Shown: piece after piece, positions 61,035 to 64,000 of the stretch
Position numbering within the stretch: the first letter of the stretch is position 1
Layout of the letters: every line of letters begins with the position of its first letter
Origin: Terrimicrobiaceae bacterium
GTDB lineage: Bacteria; Verrucomicrobiota; Verrucomicrobiia; Chthoniobacterales; JAATET01
Direction: 5' to 3'
Length of the DNA: 64,000 bases
Assembly: GCA_028713285.1 (NCBI GenBank)
Contig: JAQTOP010000001.1
Span: 35,190 to 99,189, forward strand
Notes under the pieces: model-generated
Told to the model about the DNA's origin: nothing
Databases searched by the model: none
What the model saw: only the letters and a program-made list of their open reading frames with translations
Made by a program: the position numbers and the translations under genes

Positions 61035-63446
61035 TCATGGAGCCCTGCCGGGCGGATAGGCGGGCCGATGTTGCATGGGCAGCAGGGACCAATTCGCCCC
61101 GCCGTCGGCCACGAGCGGGGCGGGCAGGTTTTCCACGACCTGCACCTCGATTTCGCCGGCTTGCGGGAGGCCGGCGGCACGGGCGACTTCCAGCGCGACG
61201 CAACGATCCGCGCAGGCGAGGGCCGGGCGAAGGCCGGTCGGAAGCCGGTCGGACGAGGCGCGCTGAATGGAGCGCAAATACTCCGCCAGCGGCAGGCCGG
61301 CGAACCACTTTTCGCGCAGGCCGATCACGTTGCGCGCGGCATCCCATTCGATCCAGGAGTTGGCCAGCGTGATGACCGGGCCTTTCGGCGGTTCGGATGC
61401 CGAGCCGACCACATACATCGCAACGCCGTCCGCGTGCCGGAGGAGCGGATCGAGGCATTTCCCGGTCGCGCGCACCCGCTCGCAAGCCGCGGCGACGCGT
61501 TTCCAATCGACCTGTTCGAGCGTTTTCCCGCCGACGAGGCCGATGATCGGCATGCCGACGTAGAAATCGCCCCGCACGATCCACGCGTCCGGAAAGACGA
61601 TACGGAACGTGCGCAGAATGGCGTCGAATTGCGCCCGCGTGAGTTGATACATCGGCAGCCATTGGCAGTAGAGCCCGCCGGGCCGCAGCGCGGCGCGCAC
61701 GCCGGCGAAGTGCTCCCGGGTGAACAGCCGCCCCTCGCCGGTGTTCCATGGAAGAAAGAGATCTCCGACGACGACGTCGAAGGCGCCGCGGCGCTCGCGA
61801 ATGACGCGGCGGGCGTCGCCCCGGGTCAGCCGCACGCGCGGGTCGGCGGCCATCGAGCGGTTGAAGGGGGCGAAATCATTCCGGGCGAACCCGAGCACGA
61901 GCGGCGAGAGGTCGATGCCCTCGATGGCTTCGACTTCGGGATCGAGCGCGGCTCCGGCCACGGTGCTGCCGGTGGCCACGCCGAGCGTCGCGACGCGGCG
62001 CGCATCGCCGTGCAGCAGGATCGGCAGCAAGGCCTCGCGCTCCTGATTGCCCGCCGCGCGCGAGCCGCCGAGGGTGTAACTGTTGTTCACGACCAGCCGC
62101 CAGTCGTCCGGCTCGCCATGCACCACGGCGACGACTCCCTCGCGGCCCATGGCGACTTTGACGAGCGCATCCTCCCCGGCGAGGCCGATGTAGGGCAGAC
62201 GGGCGTCGATCCTCCAGCTCCAGGCCACGACCGCCGCTCCCAGCGCGAGCGCGATCCAGCGCCACCGGGCGGCCTGCGCGCCGAGGCAAAGCAGATACCC
62301 GCCCGCCAGCACGCTCATCGCGAACCAGATGCCGAACATGGGAGTGAGCAGACGCTCGCCCAGCTCGGCGCCGAGGCAGCCGCCGAGGCCATTCACCGCG
62401 AGCAGCCGGCCGGCGTCGATCCTGCGCGCGGCCGCCTCGCGAAGCAGCAGCGGGAAAACGAGCCCCGCCGGGAGGAGCACGAGGAAGAGGGCGGGGGCGC
62501 CGAGGCGCACCGCATCGGCCAGATACGCCCCGAGCGGCTTCGCATAGGCCAGGTAATGCACGCCGCCGCGCTGGACGACGAGCACGAGCGGCTGCGCGGC
62601 GCAGGCAATCGCGGCGAGGAAGAGTGCCGCCGGCAGCAGCGCGGGCGCCGGTCCGCGCCAGAGCGCGACGAATGCGGAGGCGGCCCCGAGCGCCGCCAGC
62701 GCCAATGCGAGGACCAGCGCGCCGGCCAGGTGCGAGCTGATCAGGAATTGCGCGAACTGATGCTGGAAAATCACCTCGGCGGCGAGCACGAGAAAACCCG
62801 ATGCGAATGCCAGCCCTTCGAGCGTTGCGGAACTCGCGCCTGCATCCGCGGCAGGCGTCGCTTCCGCCTCGTCAGCCGTTTGCAGCCGCCACGCGACCGC
62901 CGCGACGACGAGGTTGAGGGCGAGGGTGAAGCCGGACGCGCCCGCCAGGCCCAGTGCCGGAAGCGACCACGAGAACGTGACGACGAGTCCCGCGACCCCT
63001 CCGAAGATGTTCGCGGCGTAGAGCGACACGCTCCGGCTGGCGCCCGCCGCGCGGATCATCCACGGCAGCACGGCCCCCATCGCCGCGGCCGGCGGGAGCA
63101 CCAGCGCGAGGGGCAGCGCCCAGCTCAGCCACGGCCAGGCGGGCCACGGAATCTGCCCCGCAGCCAGGACGACGAAGGCGAGCGCGGCGACGAGGCACTC
63201 CGCGAGCGCGACGCTGCGCCATGGACGCGGCGTCGCGCGCCGCGCCGCCCACCACGCCCCCAAGGAGAGGCCGAGGAAGAATGCGCCGATCACCCGCGAG
63301 AACGTGCCGGCATCCGCGCCGAGCACGTCGATCATGCGGCGCACCCACAGGAGCTGGTGCGCGAGCCCCGCCGCGCCGCTGAGAGTCGCGAGCGCGAGCG
63401 GTGGAATGGAATCGCGCCGCCTCACCGCATGGCGCGCCGCCTCCAA
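61035..63446 (-). CDS. Polytopic membrane protein fused to a spermidine-synthase-like methyltransferase-fold domain
   Basis: About 12 hydrophobic helices are followed by 'VATLGVATGSTVAGAAL...IEGIDLSP...DVVVGDLFLPW...GGLYCQW', which resembles polyamine aminopropyltransferase. The start is uncertain. Confidence 0.6.
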   Translation of the reverse strand: MEAARHAVRRRDSIPPLALATLSGAAGLAHQLLWVRRMIDVLGADAGTFSRVIGAFFLGLSLGAWWAARRATPRPWRSVALAECLVAALAFVVLAAGQIPWPAWPWLSWALPLALVLPPAAAMGAVLPWMIRAAGASRSVSLYAANIFGGVAGLVVTFSWSLPALGLAGASGFTLALNLVVAAVAWRLQTADEAEATPAADAGASSATLEGLAFASGFLVLAAEVIFQHQFAQFLISSHLAGALVLALALAALGAASAFVALWRGPAPALLPAALFLAAIACAAQPLVLVVQRGGVHYLAYAKPLGAYLADAVRLGAPALFLVLLPAGLVFPLLLREAAARRIDAGRLLAVNGLGGCLGAELGERLLTPMFGIWFAMSVLAGGYLLCLGAQAARWRWIALALGAAVVAWSWRIDARLPYIGLAGEDALVKVAMGREGVVAVVHGEPDDWRLVVNNSYTLGGSRAAGNQEREALLPILLHGDARRVATLGVATGSTVAGAALDPEVEAIEGIDLSPLVLGFARNDFAPFNRSMAADPRVRLTRGDARRVIRERRGAFDVVVGDLFLPWNTGEGRLFTREHFAGVRAALRPGGLYCQWLPMYQLTRAQFDAILRTFRIVFPDAWIVRGDFYVGMPIIGLVGGKTLEQVDWKRVAAACERVRATGKCLDPLLRHADGVAMYVVGSASEPPKGPVITLANSWIEWDAARNVIGLREKWFAGLPLAEYLRSIQRASSDRLPTGLRPALACADRCVALEVARAAGLPQAGEIEVQVVENLPAPLVADGGANWSLLPMQHRPAYPPGRAP

Positions 63447-64000
63447 ATCCAGCCGGCGGCGGCGGCGAATCCAAGAAGGCTGAATGCCGCCGGCTCGGGA
63501 ATCGCCACGAAGTGAAACGTGTAGGGCACGCTCGGATCATGAATCGGGCCGGCGCCGGGTCCGTTCGCGCTGCGGTCGATCAGCGTAAAGGTCACGTCGT
63601 AGGCCCCCGGCTGCGTCACCGTCCACGCGCGGTTGTGGATGTGGCCCTGGGGATCTTCATCCGGCGCCGGAGGAAAGCTGGATTCGCTCAATACGAAGGA
63701 AAATCCTCCGGTCGAGTCGCCCGTGAGGAACGATTGCGAGGGAGTCGTGTGCGTGAGGCCCCAGTTTTCGTCCCAGAATCCGACGCTTGCCCCGGCGGGG
63801 CCGGTCACGCTCGTGACTTGCGCCCAGATGGACGAGCCGGCGGCGGCGTGGAAGGGCGCGGCGATGTCCACGTCTCCGTCGGAGAGCGCGGTGAACGTGA
63901 AATAATCGTTCGGAAAGAGCGGCCGCGGATCCTCATCGAGCGAGTAGTAGCCGCCGTATTCGAGGCCCGCGGCTTTGGGATAAAAGTGGAAAATTGTGCC
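63422..64000 (-). CDS. PEP-CTERM sorting-signal protein (probably truncated by window end)
   Basis: The C-terminus 'VAIPEPAAFSLLGFAAAAGWIWRRRAMR' gives PEP, a TM segment and a basic tail. The track starts it at a GTG (63871), but the same frame stays open to 64000. Confidence 0.65.
   Translation of the reverse strand, partial: GTIFHFYPKAAGLEYGGYYSLDEDPRPLFPNDYFTFTALSDGDVDIAAPFHAAAGSSIWAQVTSVTGPAGASVGFWDENWGLTHTTPSQSFLTGDSTGGFSFVLSESSFPPAPDEDPQGHIHNRAWTVTQPGAYDVTFTLIDRSANGPGAGPIHDPSVPYTFHFVAIPEPAAFSLLGFAAAAGWIWRRRAMR

Noticed and set aside
61068-63515. 815-aa plus-strand ORF
   Set aside because: It is antisense to the membrane/spermidine-synthase-like gene. It is extremely Arg/Gly/Glu/Pro-rich and low-complexity, typical of a high-GC shadow ORF.

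Overview
The window splits into two compositional halves. Positions 1 to about 36,200 are visibly less GC-rich. They form the right-hand part of a large integrated mobile island whose left end lies outside the window. Positions 29.2-36.2 kb carry an integrative-mobilizable backbone: XRE regulator, SSB-like protein, AAA+ ATPase, MobV-type relaxase and a large serine recombinase at the extreme right edge. Almost all the cargo looks like anti-phage or conflict genes. (a) A HEPN-like protein is translationally coupled to a GHKL-ATPase/PD-(D/E)xK fusion, followed by an unknown gene. (b) A palindromic pair of diverged hairpin plus small-gene modules has an IS630-family element inserted exactly at its CTAG centre. 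(c) A tightly packed six-gene minus-strand cluster joins a multi-ubiquitin/ThiF-E1/DUF6527 module to a patatin/CD-NTase/E2-only CBASS. (d) A three-gene cassette encodes a sigma-like protein, an HTH protein and an ImmA-peptidase/UvrD-helicase/Cas4-like-nuclease fusion. (e) A translationally coupled type I R-M operon (hsdM...hsdR) has four extra genes embedded: DUF262/DUF1524, a membrane protein, an ABC-type ATPase and DUF4276. From about 36.6 kb onward the sequence is very GC-rich chromosomal core. It holds two tandem paralogous giant secreted glycoside-hydrolase-like proteins, an ArsR-rhodanese/rhodanese-DUF2892/MBL-rhodanese sulfur operon and larA. It also holds a nine-gene respiratory cluster (caa3 oxidase, Rieske/cytochrome b-c complex, CtaG-FixG-like fusion), a PAS histidine kinase, a membrane spermidine-synthase-like protein and a PEP-CTERM protein. 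The PEP-CTERM tag and giant secreted enzymes suggest a Verrucomicrobia/PVC-like host, but this is inference only. I saw no rRNA, tRNA or CRISPR array. Many long ORFs in the GC-rich half are antisense shadow ORFs and were rejected. All functional calls rest on motifs read by eye; no database search was possible.
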